NCBI GenBank assembly: GCA_013265495.1 | Contig: MU058213.1 | Location: 558,001 to 622,000, forward strand | Reading direction: 5' to 3' | DNA: 64,000 nucleotides | Source: Vicugna vicugna | Taxonomy: Eukaryota | Part shown: in pieces, positions 1 through 10,970 of the stretch | How positions within the stretch are numbered: position 1 is the stretch's first letter | Layout: every line of letters starts with the position of its first letter | The notes under the pieces: model-generated | Told to the model about the DNA's origin: nothing | Databases searched by the model: none | Seen by the model: the letters and a program-made list of their open reading frames with translations, nothing else | Made by a program: the position numbers and the translations under genes

Positions 1-2871
1 CGTGTTGTGATATCAGATGTAAAATTTTCCTAGGTAGAAGGGAAGAGACTGGAAATCCTTTTTTTTTTTCCTTAACTGCATATATCTCTTTTTTAGTTTA
101 AGTTGTTACCAGTTTCAAATTGTAAATCAATTATAGGTGATATTTTGTATTCTAAAGCATTATTTCTACTTTCTGCTAAAATCATTTTTAATTTAGCTTA
201 ATTAAATGGTTTATGATGAGTCTCGGGTTAAAAAAATACAATTGTAAAAAAAGTCTAGGAAATCATTATGTAGAATAATGAACATTTTAAGGACCAATCT
301 TTTTTTAAGTGAAAAAGGGACATTGCTGATGTGAGAATTGCTGTTGCACCTCTTGGGCACAAGGCGCTTCAAAACTTCCCTTATTCCACGGCATGTAGAC
401 TTTTCCATGTTTTAAAACACATGAACTTGGCAAGAGTGTGCTTTTTGCTTCATCAAGAAAGCAAATACTTTGCTTTAAAAGTATAGTTATATATAGTTTT
501 TCATTTTAATAATGTGGGCATTATTAAATTTTCATGAACACTCATAGTAAAAGAAAGCATCTGAGTAGGAAAGCTGTTTCCTTCCCTGTGAAATGCACAC
601 AGCCAATTTTCAGATATTTAGGATAAAAGAAAAAAGAAAGCTTTTGTTAGACACATGGAATCAGGGGTAATAAACGGTAGAGACTGCCTGAGAAGCACGC
701 ACACTGGGCATTTAAATTGATGGTTACTGTAAAGGAAGGTGGAGGCTGGCCTGGGTGCAAGGTAAGAGTGAGAAGCTCCCGCGTGCGACGCAGAACTGCC
801 TGAACGGCGCGCAGTCCCCACTCACTACCAGTTTTCCAGCCAGTAAGGAAAACGGCTGTTCTTGGTAGATCTAATTTTTATTATCTTGTTTCATCTTGTA
901 CTTTTTTGTCCGTATTGTATAAAAGTAATTTCTCATAAGTTGTCCTCCTCAAAGTATTCACACCCACAGTTGGACAGTGTACTGTGGTGGGAAGAATGAC
1001 CCCAGAGCCAGGAGTGGGAGCGCTGATGTGGAGCTAATTCACGCGTGCCTCGGGGCGGCCCCTGGAGCAGGAGACCCCTGAGGCACTGCAGCTACAGAGG
1101 ACAGGGGACAAAGCAATCAGCAATTCAGGCCTGGCTGTATCATTTACAGGGAGATTTTTCAAAAGGAGAGAATATCATTTCAGAATAGGAGGAAGATGTG
1201 TTGTTAATTTTTCTAAAACTTCTTGAAATTGAGTTACAACACGTCTGCTCCTTTGGCTTGGGCTGGACAGTTTATCTAATGATCACAGGCAAAAGCTTTC
1301 CTCAGACGAACTGACTGCTTTTTTGAAAAGTAGTATCCAGTGTTTTAAAGGGGCCAAAGATTGACTTGTACTATTCCACTGTTCCCTTTCAGTTACAGGG
1401 TGCTGGGTTTGATTTTTTTCAAGTTAGCAAGTCAGGCTCACGCTGACTCGCTCTCCCTCACTTTTTCATAAACGACTTTGGAAATGTACTCGATTCAGAG
1501 CCAGCACAGCCCCAGCAGGGTGGGGCGTCAGGGACACAAAGCCACGGTTACACTTCCTGCATGGCTGCCTCGCTTGCACTGCCCTGTAAGTCAATAAATT
1601 GTTAAGTATGTTACCCCTTCCTCCCGTAAGTTCTTTTCAAAATACAGGCAGGTGGGACCTCACCTAGAATTGTGTATCATACTTATGGGTAATACCTTTT
1701 TCACTTATTTATCAAAGTATGAAGAAGTTGAGTTTTTTGCTTGTACCATTCCACTTCTGAGCTACAACAGTTCATTATATAATTGAAGAAAAGATTTCTT
1801 AATAAATAACTAAGGGTGAACATTCATCCAACTGAATACAGACAAATCTTTCAAAAACTGTAATTACAAGGGAGAAAACTAGTGTTTACTTTGATCATTA
1901 AAAATCTGGCACCTCCTACCCTTTTAGTAACTTTCAGTATTTCTGTATTGCTCTAAAATTTTATGATAGATGAGGGTTATGAAATACTCTTGATTTTTAA
2001 ACCAAAGATTTTCTAAGATCTTAAATTTTGTAGTCTAACTAATTAGTCTAACTAATATAAACTTACCTGGTTATCTAAGCAAAGAATATTCTTTGCATTT
2101 TTAAATTGCTGTTTTTTTAAAAACCTTTTTTCATTTCCCATTTTATAAAATTTTATACTCATATTTGTCTGATATTCTAATTTTTCCAGTTTGTCTACAT
2201 GAAATTACATATTAAAAGTCAATAATACTGATATTATTAAAATGGGTTTTGGTGCTATCTACTTGTAGCTAAAGGCAGGTAGAAGTCTCAAGTACAGGTG
2301 AAATAAATTTTCTAAGGGTGCCTGTCATTTAAAAGACCAAATAAATATTTTGTGTTTAAAAAAGTTTTAACAGATTGTTAGAGATTTCAAGGGGAATTAC
2401 CTTGGTCATTAAATTGCGAATTCTTATATCTGAATGAAATATCCCAAAATACTTGCTTTGTACAGTAGGGACCCACTGGAAAAGTTACATGTATAGAACT
2501 TTGTAAATTGTTTTCCCATTGACAGTATCTCACTTTTTTTTCATTTAAAAAGGGGATTCCATGGTATAATGAAAATTAAGAGAAAAAAAGTTTTGATAAA
2601 ATGTTAGTCATGGTCTGTTGTACATTATATTTAACCCTTGCTGTCATTAAAATAAGATTAAAAGGTAAGATTAAAAGAGGTTTCATAAAATTAAATTTTT
2701 GGCTCTTTGTTGCCAGGGCTGCCTCATCTTTTCTTTCTAAAATTAGGAATCACACTGCTACCTCCCAGCAGACATGAGGATCATTCTTTTTCTGGCGTCC
2801 ATAGCAATTTCCAGTCTCTGTTTGGTACTGTCCAGTTTTGCTCCATCATTACAATGCCACTTCACTTTTTA

Positions 2872-3305
2872 AAAAAACTTTTTTCTAGTTTTATTGCTGT
2901 AATTGACATACAGCATTGTATTAGTTTAAGGTATACAACATACTGATTTGATAAATGCATATATTGCAAAATGATTAATAAAATAAGTTTAGTTAACATG
3001 TTACCTCACATAGTTTAAAAAAATTTTTTCCCTTGTGATGAGAACTTTTAAGACAGACCTATTCTGTTAGCAACTTTCAAATATGCAATACACTATTATT
3101 AACTGCAGTCACCATGTGCAGTACATCCCCAGGACTTATAAGTGGAAGTTTATAACTTTGGACACCCTTTACCCATTTCACTATTCCCCCACTTCCTGCC
3201 TCTGGCAACCACCAATCTGTTCTGTCTCTATGAATTTAGTATTTTTAGATTCTGATATGAAAGCATACAATATTCGTCTCTCTGACTTATTTCACTTAGC
3301 ATCTT
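2872..3305 (-). mobile_element. L1 3'-end fragment (L1MA-like)
   Basis: T-rich start and typical L1 3' UTR motifs (TGGCAACCACCAATCTGTTCT, TCTGACTTATTTCACTTAGCAT). Confidence 0.75.
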
Positions 3306-4549
3306 GAATAGTATTAACTGAAGACACGGCACCCACAAGAACCAAACACACTGAGTGTGTCACAGCAGCTCCTTCAAGGGGCCTGAGTTCTTCAGTCCGA
3401 ATATCTACAAAGCTGTCATCTCCATCAGTTCTCACTGAGCATTAATGTTTCTAGCTATCTGCCATTATAAGACAGGATTTCTAGCTATTTCTCAATCAAA
3501 GGAACTCTTCACTAATTTTTAAGTTGAGAAAACTATAATAAGCAAAGATTTTTATATTACGTCATTTTAATTTGGTCAGTCTTTCTTATGTCATCTGATT
3601 TTTTTTTCTGCGTTATAATTTAATTCCATAAATCCTTCCCTAAAACACTGAATAAATCAGAGTTTTTTTTTATAAGAAAATATTTGTAACAGTTTGTTAA
3701 TGCCAAACTCTAACTTGCAGTCTGATCATTGAGAGGAGCCAGTCTTGTAAACCATTGCCAAGGATTTTAGAAAGCCTTCACTGCCTTACAGAGAATTTTA
3801 CTTCGGACACCTGCTCTAGTGCTGGATAAGCCACCCACCATGTTTTGTGCAGGGTCGTATGTTTTGAAGACAGTCGGACTCCTCCCCATCTTAGAGTCTA
3901 CATATGTGAAGCATAACTGTCTTTTCTACAATCAGTATATTGTAATTTTTGCAAAGCAATTAAAAGGCCTAAATCTTTCTGTCAGTTACTGTAGTCCATT
4001 CAGAGAGTAAAGTTTATGAACAAATTCTGAGTGCTTTTTGATGGGTACATACAGCCATTTTTAGGAGTTTAAATTTCATCTTAACTCAGAAGTAAAGATG
4101 AGAAAGTCTTTCATTCAGCTGTTTCAACTTTTTGGATTTGTCTACTTAAGAATTGGTTTTTAAAAACTAAAAGCAAAAAAATTGCACATGAATACGCACA
4201 CAGAGTATCAAAACCTTTGTAATTTCAAATAAATGCCCACCTTTTTTTCAGCCTCTTTTAGATGAATTATATTTGGTTTTAGTTATGTTTAAAAGTTTGA
4301 ATATTACCTTTGTAACTGCATCATTCTTTATCACATGAAATTAGGTATTTAAATACTTTTTTTAATGCTAATATCCAAAATGCTATAAAAGCTTTACTTT
4401 TTCAATTTATATAAATATGAAAGCAGTGAATTTTATAATACTTTAAATATTATAAAAGATTATTATTACTATTGGTTCATAATAGTACAGTGAAGTTTCT
4501 TTTGAAAAATATGGACTATAGGCATTTAGAATTTACCACTTGGTATTGG

Positions 4550-4565
4550 AATAAATTTCAATAAA
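4550..4565 (+). terminator. Tandem AATAAA polyadenylation signals, candidate distal TMOD3 poly(A) site
   Basis: AATAAA at 4550-4555 and 4560-4565 at the end of the AT-rich UTR-like block; another AATAAA at 1593-1598. Confidence 0.45.
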
Positions 4566-5034
4566 GTTTATCAAATACCCTATAGACTTGGACTTTTTGG
4601 AAACTACATTCTAAAGTTCAGTCCTTGCACACCTCTTAGGAACAAGCTTACTGATTTCCCTGAGTTGTCCTATCCCACACTATTAAGTTAAACCATATAA
4701 AATAGTCAGTACTTGACCATTTATACCCACAAAAGCAGTAAGTTCATATGGTTCAATATCATACCATCAGTACTTGGTCTGGTCTGTCCGTAAAACTGAA
4801 TTGAGTTGACAAATGTGAAGAAAACGGGGTCCTAGGATACAGTGCAGCCTGGACCCGGTGGGAGCCAATCCTGCTAATAGAGGTTATTTTTGCAGTAAAA
4901 CAAAGGCGTCTCTTATCAGTCACCTGTATCCATCAGCCAAAAGAGAAAGTCAGTGAAATGTGTAATGGGCTTGAGGAAACTTTTAGGGGTAAACATTAGA
5001 TAATTCATTTCTGAAACTTGAGGAATAAAGAAAT

Positions 5035-5135
5035 TCCCCTTGAAGTTTACATCTGTAAAATGAGAACAGCACCCACCCGTCGAGTTGTTCTGAGGATTAG
5101 ACTTGGTAAGGCCTGTACAGCACTTGGCAAAGCCC
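5035..5135 (+). mobile_element. MIR SINE fragment
   Basis: CATCTGTAAAATGAG...GTTGTTCTGAGGATTA core. Confidence 0.55.
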
Positions 5136-5449
5136 TGAGTCTCCAGTGAGCCCTCCCGTGCTGTCCTGCGCTGACAAGGTCACAGGGCGGCGGGGTCAGT
5201 GGCAAGTTAGTGTCCTGCCAACGCAGCACGCAGGGCCCCGAACCCTGCTGGGCAGGCCAGGGAGGACACTGGAGAAGGTGACGCCCGAGCTGAACTTAAC
5301 CCATCTCTGGGCTGGGCCAGGGGGACGGGGTGAGGCAGAGCAGCAAGGATGCACGACACCCAAGACCCAGAGCAAACAGTCATCAAAATAAGCTTCTATT
5401 TGAGAAAAGTGGATTTTCTAAAATCACAAACTTACTTATGAATATTTTT

Positions 5450-5455
5450 TTTAAT
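5450..5455 (-). terminator. ATTAAA poly(A) signal of the LEO1-like paralog
   Basis: Sits at the position homologous to LEO1's AATAAA (TTTTAATTACAA vs TTTTATTACAA on + strand). Confidence 0.6.
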
Positions 5456-5547
5456 TACAACTAGGATTATGCAAAAGCAACTCAAGTCCTCATTTGAATC
5501 AAAACATTTCGTCACTGTCTTTACCATATTTACAGTGAGTGCACGTT

Positions 5548-5610
5548 TTATGCTTCAGTCATCCTCTTCCTCTTCATGCCCTGCTTTCCTCTTTCTGGAG
5601 GGTTCACCTG
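5548..5610 (-). CDS. LEO1-like exon 12' (terminal exon)
   Basis: Acceptor TGTTCAG|CAG|GTGAACC. LEO1 frame reads GEPSRKRKAGHEEEEDD* (TGA 5555-5557); phase-0 frame reads QVNPPERGKQGMKRKRMTEA* (TAA 5548-5550). The frame actually used is uncertain. Confidence 0.55.
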   Translation of the reverse strand, partial: QVNPPERGKQGMKRKRMTEA

Positions 5611-6619
5611 CTGAACAGATACGAGAAAGAAGAGAGACAATTTTCAATACTGAACGTTTGTGGAAATTTAGTCTAAAGCAGTTGGGAGCCAATGTGGGGA
5701 GCCAGCCCTTCGCATGGGCTGACTGGCGACCTTATCCACAGACACTGTGTCTGCGGGTCCGGCAGTGGGAGCCCGGGCTGCCCGGGCAGCGGTCAGGGCC
5801 CAGGGACACTTCTCACTCCATCCTGACTGGGATTCTGCTCATGTTACTTGGAATACATTCCCCTGTTCCTCAGTACTTCACTTTCTCTATGTAAAATTCA
5901 GTATTTTAAAGCCTGTCAACTTTTTTTCTTAAAGGACTGCTTGTGTTTTATGTGCTTTTCTAGTATGCTTTCAGAGTTTAAAATATATTTTTCACATGAA
6001 AAGTGAGTGCCTCCCTTACGCGGTAAGGGACACTGCTCTCACTGCGATGTTGACTCGGCCCTGTAACTCCAGATCCATCGTGCAGCATGCTCAGTGTTCA
6101 GAAAACATGGCATGAATGAATGTGGCACAGTGGCAACATAGTGATTCACCTGTATAATTAAGACTTAAAAAATTTCTTTGGACTCGGAAGTAATTAAAGG
6201 AAAATAATTTTAATAACATGGAAATAAAATAACCCCCCACTGTTATACTCAAACACTAAGGGCACCCAGTGCCCACCATGGACACGAGGCCCCTCTCTCT
6301 ACTGCACTGAACCATTTCAGGTTCTCTAGCCAAGCCCTGCTGTCTCGGGGCCATAGGTCTTTTCTCACTGGCGGGCCCACCCTAACACTCTTCCTTCAAC
6401 ACTGAGCAAGAGGGCACCTTCTCTGGGCAGCCCCCCACCATGCACAGGTGTCAGACCCTCCCCAGGCCAATCATTCCTGGTCCTGTTACTGGATTTATCT
6501 CCCCGGGGTTCAGGGAGCTGTGCGGACGTCTGTGCTCCTGGGCTGAGAGCCTCTTCACTCCAGGAGCTGACTTGTGGGTACAAGGCAACCCCCTTCGAAC
6601 TGAATAAATTTGGTTTTAC

Positions 6620-6717
6620 CTCATCACTGGTGAGTTTCTTTGCTTTGAGTAATCTCTGAGCCTTATCTTCCTCTGGGCCCTCACCACTGTCTGAAGAACA
6701 GATTCTGGCCTGTTCCT
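6620..6717 (-). CDS. LEO1-like exon 11' (98 nt)
   Basis: CTTTCAG|AGG...GAG|GTAAAA; LEO1 frame [32 protein letters not shown]; also stop-free in the shifted frame. Confidence 0.6.
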
Positions 6718-7269
6718 CTGAAAGCAAAGGAACTTTCCATATGGGATTGACCTTCAGAGATGAAGTTCCATGAATTCTCAAATTTTTCTGATGCTGAATA
6801 TTTTAACTTTCCACTCTATCTTTTTCGCTTGAGGGAAACAGTTTTTTAAGTTTTGATGAAGAGGTAGATAATACCTTTCAAACGCGCTTAAATGACTTAG
6901 AGTTGAAAGGTTTTGTCCTCAGATGTCTGATCACTTCTAGATACCCGGGGGGCTTTATGCACATCTTTTTTTAAAACTACGAAGTTTAAACTTTGGGTCC
7001 ATCATCATACAAGCAGGCGAACTGCCTATGAACACATTTTCCTTCATAAGAGCATAAATTATTTAATTGATTTTCTTTATTCTGGGGGTGCCTTATTTAC
7101 CCAGCTAAGCTTTTGTGTGGGAAAGTGGCTCTACAAAAACAAAGACAAAATAAAAGGCCTTTGTACTGTTGTCCCTGTACTGTTGTCCTAAGTGAGTAAG
7201 AGCAGGACGGGTAGTAAGGGCCCACCAGAGCACAGGCGGCCCCGAGACGGTGCAGTGTGACCGGCTCAC

Positions 7270-7434
7270 CTTGGCACGCCCCTCGGGAATGGTTTCTGAT
7301 GGTATCTCAACCTCCTCCTCCCTCTCATCACTGCTGTGGTCCTGGCAGGCGGGGCTTGGCCCCTGCTGGTTCTGCTTCTCCCGCAAATACATTGTCTCCT
7401 GGTGAGCAGAAGCCCTCAAACGTTCTTCTTCTTT
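7270..7434 (-). CDS. LEO1-like exon 10' (165 nt vs 187 nt in LEO1; net -1 frameshift near 7305)
   Basis: TTTACAG|AAAGAAGAAG...[39 protein letters not shown]... Confidence 0.65.
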
Positions 7435-8364
7435 CTGTAAAGAAGCAAATAAACTACTGAACTTAAAAAAAAAACCAAAAAACAACTAGCTTAGTGCCCA
7501 CTTGAAACTATTTCACTACAAAGGAAATGTAAATGCCTAGCCCAGGATAACACCCATTCCCTGTCCTGGATACAGTTCTCTCCATCCGACACCTCTGTTA
7601 ACCAGACACGGGCATCATCTTGTTTGGTTCTAAGGCGTGAAGACAACACAAAGGTGAAGGACAGAGGCTCCCTCACACCAACCGCCCCATCGGAACAGGC
7701 ACAGGTTCGGCCGTGGGCTCAGCCGTGTCCCCTGTGCTGCCCGTCAGAGCCCAGGCAGCCGCCACCCAGCAGGTGCCTGAGGCAGGCGGTTTCTCTTCGC
7801 CCCTGAGACGGACACCTGACTTGCCCAGGCTCCACCAAACTACCGTGGTGCCCAGATATTCCTGTCTGGGCCCCTCAACCCAGAGAGCTCCCCACAGCTC
7901 CTGACGGCAGGATGCAGGACGGGGAGGTGCTGGGGGGGTTCCCTGAGCCCCAAAGTAGAACTTTCGTTCCTGTCCATCAGCCTGGCGGTCCACACGATGG
8001 GGTTCACAAGGCAGGGCTGGTGTTAACCAAGTCAGGAATGTCCTTTGACGTTCCTACATCACTGACTACCTGGAACACAGTTTTATGATACCTGTCAAAG
8101 GTTACACTTTTTAAACCATCAGTTTGCCCTGAAATCTCACAGATTGGAGACAGAGCTCCTGAATGTCTGGAGTGCTCTACCTCACCAGTGGCCATTGGCT
8201 AGGACCAGTAATACAATTAACCACATGCTTGGAAGGTCAAAGCTAGCTCCCTGATAACTATAAGAATAAAATGGCTGTGGCAATAAGGAATGACAGATCA
8301 ATATTCTGGAAAGCACAGCTCTTACTACCCTCAAAAAACCCAGGATAAAGCTCAGGCAACATAC

Positions 8365-8500
8365 CTTAATCATCTCTATGCGTTGGCATTCAGGATCACG
8401 ACCAGCCATTGGTAAGATTCTAATCTTCTGTATCCCCGAGCATCTATTAGCAAGTGGCAGGGTCATCTTTTTATGCGTGGCATAGTCTGTAGAGTGAGGT
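8365..8500 (-). CDS. LEO1-like exon 9' (136 nt)
   Basis: CCGCAG|ACC...[54 protein letters not shown]. Confidence 0.75.
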
Positions 8501-8844
8501 CTGCGGGAAACAAACAAAAAAGTCTCACTGTATAATAAGAACAGTTGTTGGCAATAGTGCCAACAGCAAACAGCTGTGGACAAAGACATGTCCCTTTAAT
8601 GGAGCAGAGTGGCAAGGCCACAGTACTGGTGCTTTAGGGCCTTCCTCCTTCTCTGGCTTCCTAAGCAGTTCCCCCTTTAGCCCTGCCTCCCAGGGAAAGC
8701 TGATGGGGTGAAGTGGGAGTGGAAGGAAGGAGGAGATGGTGGGGTCCAAGGCTTTTATAAAGAAAACCCGCAAGTACAATCACAGAAGAGACGACATGGG
8801 AGATCGTAGTTCCATGAAGGTGGCACAGAGGCCAGAAGGTAGAA

Positions 8845-8936
8845 TTTTTTTTTTTAATGAAGGTACTGGGGATTGAAACCAGGACCTTGTGCATGCTAAG
8901 CACATAATGCACCGCTGAGCTGTACCCACACACCCT
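8845..8936 (-). mobile_element. tRNA-derived SINE (camelid Vic-1-like)
   Basis: Reverse complement has box A/B-like AGCTCAGCGG...GCATGCACAAGGTCCTGGTTTCAATCCCCAGTACC and an A tail. Confidence 0.8.
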
Positions 8937-9619
8937 GAGGCACAACTTAAGTCCCTCCATCTGGATAAAACTTGAAGAAAAATGAAAGCAAGGAGGCGGG
9001 TCTCAGGAGGGGAGCAACATGACAGCCCAGAGGGACAACAACAGCTGGAATAGGAGGCCCTGGTGCAGAAAGCCGCGGATTCCTCACTAATGGAAGGCAC
9101 ATCTTAGGAATGATCCTTAGGGAAATCACAAGGAGAGTGTGGCTGTAAGGAATGAAACTGCACTGGGCAGTCAATATCACCCCCACGTGGAGGAGCTCGG
9201 GGCACAAGAGAGGAAAGCACACTGTGGAACTGGTTGTATGTAGGATGCCGGCCTAGCAGAGATCATTAAGGGCCGGACTGGAGCAGTATTTCTTGTGCAT
9301 GGCATGATATTTTTACGTATTACTTGACTCAGTGGATAGAGCACCCCTCTGAGGGAGATGTTATCTCCATTTTATAAGATAAGGAAACTAAACACTGCTG
9401 AGATTGAGACTTCCTCAAGCTTACACGAGCATTAGTGAAACACAACCCCAGAGCTGTCTGCTGCAGTCTTTGAAACAGCAACATCTTTCTGGAGTATAAT
9501 TTATATACCATAAAACTCACTCATTTTAATAAATAATTAAAGGATTTTTTAATTTATCAAGCTGTGTGATCTGTACCACAACCTGATTTAAAACATTTCC
9601 ATGACCCCAGAAAGGACCC

Positions 9620-10085
9620 TTGCGCGCACCGTGACAGTCTTCTAAGAGCCCCGCTTCTGAAGGGAGGCCGCACAAGGGCCAGTGCGTCCCGCGGAAGGAA
9701 GGCGTGAGCAGGCACGCGAACCGCGAAGAAAAGATGCGCGCGCGGCACTGGGCGCCGGCCGCTCGAGCTCAGTGCGCAGCCGCAGCACCGGCCGGCCGGC
9801 CCTTTCCTCTGGCGCATGCGCACTGCAGGAGCCGGCGCCCCGGGTAACCGCCCGGGACCAGACCGCGGGCCTGGGGGAGCGGCGGCTCGGAATCACGTCA
9901 TCTCGGCCGACTCGGGCTTTTTGCACACCCAGGCTCTCTGCCTTGTTGCTCTTAAACTGCAAGGAGCAATACGTCAGTACGAATAGTTACCTAAAGGTGA
10001 GTTTGGATTTGAAGACGGCTTGTCCCCGCAGACCCGTGTCTTCGCGAATGAACAGGTGGTTGTAATTGCCCAGCAGCGGGGCTTT
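9620..10085. promoter_or_regulatory. CpG island inside the paralog (intron 8' and exon 8') with NRF1 and CRE-like motifs
   Basis: Dense CpG/GC; GCGCATGCGC at 9812-9821; TCACGTCA at 9893-9900; TACGTCA at 9970-9976. Confidence 0.7.
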
Positions 10086-10125
10086 GTAGACATCAAACAC
10101 CTCACTGCCTAAGTGCAGGGACAGG
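9991..10125 (-). CDS. LEO1-like exon 8' (135 nt)
   Basis: TTTCCAG|CCTG...[55 protein letters not shown]. Confidence 0.75.
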
Positions 10126-10703
10126 CTGGAAACGAGAAATCGTCCAGTTATCAGGGTGGGTATCGAGCGAACCCTGCAGCTTCCATTCTACCCCATTAGC
10201 TGTTCTTAAACTGCTGTGGGACTGCAGGGTCCCATCCTCTACTGAACTCCTAAGGAATGCGAAGAATTTACCGTCAACAGCTAAGCTACCTTCTTTCCAA
10301 ATAAAAGGTGGTAAAAATCCATCCTCCTTTCAGCCAGAAATAGAATTTTTTTTATCATTTTCCCACCCTCTACCTCTTTTATTAGTAAAAGAGAAATCTT
10401 TTTTTTTCAAACATACCAATTTCTAATTTCTAATAGTCACATTTGGGAGCTAACATTGGGTTTTCACTTCAGTAAGGTAGATACCATGAGTCTAATCACA
10501 TCTTGGGTCTATTTGTCTCCCTCCAGCACAGCACTGTGCTCTCGACCCTATTTATTCCTATCAGGTGATGCCAGAGGCCTAGATTTTGTTAATTCTTTCA
10601 TGAAAGATGACCTACGGTCCTACACAGAAAACTTCAGTCTTCCCAGGCCCCCCACCACCACCCAACCCCGGAACTTCCATGCTCTCCAGGACTTTATGCT
10701 CAC

Positions 10704-10798
10704 CTCCCATCTGACCACTTGACTATCCGAGCATTGCTTTCTTTAATTTTATTTCCTTCTTTGTCCCGGCGTATCCTCCATCGTAAAGTATTTTCCAC
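10704..10798 (-). CDS. LEO1-like exon 7' (95 nt)
   Basis: AATCAG|GTGGAA...[42 protein letters not shown]. Confidence 0.75.
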
Positions 10799-10835
10799 CT
10801 GATTCAAAACACAAAGGCATTAGAAAATCAGTGTA

Positions 10836-10970
10836 GGGGGGAGGGTATAGCTCAGTGGTAGAGTGTATATGCCTAGCATGCAGGAGGTCCTGGGTTCAAT
10901 CCCCAGGACATTATAAATAAACCTAATTACCCCCCTCAAAAAAAACCCTAAAAATAAATTATTAAAAAAA
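10836..10970 (+). mobile_element. tRNA-derived SINE (Vic-1-like)
   Basis: GGGGAGGGTATAGCTCAGTGGTAGAG...GGTCCTGGGTTCAATCCCCAG...AAACCTAATTACC, A tail. Confidence 0.85.

Larger units (their letters stand above)
1..4585 (+). other. TMOD3: Probable 3' UTR (terminal exon) of tropomodulin 3; coding part lies upstream of the window
   Basis: AT-rich, no credible ORF. The opening sequence (ATGTAAAATTTTCCTAGGTAGAAGGGAAGAGACTGGAAA) resembles the TMOD3 3' UTR as I recall it. TMOD3 is the conserved convergent neighbour of LEO1 in mammals. The 3' end is placed from AATAAA motifs and is approximate. Confidence 0.65.

Noticed and set aside
9557..10065. Overlapping ORFs in the paralog's CpG island
   Set aside because: Explained by GC richness; the only homology-supported coding segment is exon 8'
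10836..10970. tRNA genes here and at 8845, 16228, 16903, 48912 and 55568
   Set aside because: Degenerate tRNA-like heads with a shared non-tRNA tail, A-rich ends and target-site duplications: these are SINEs
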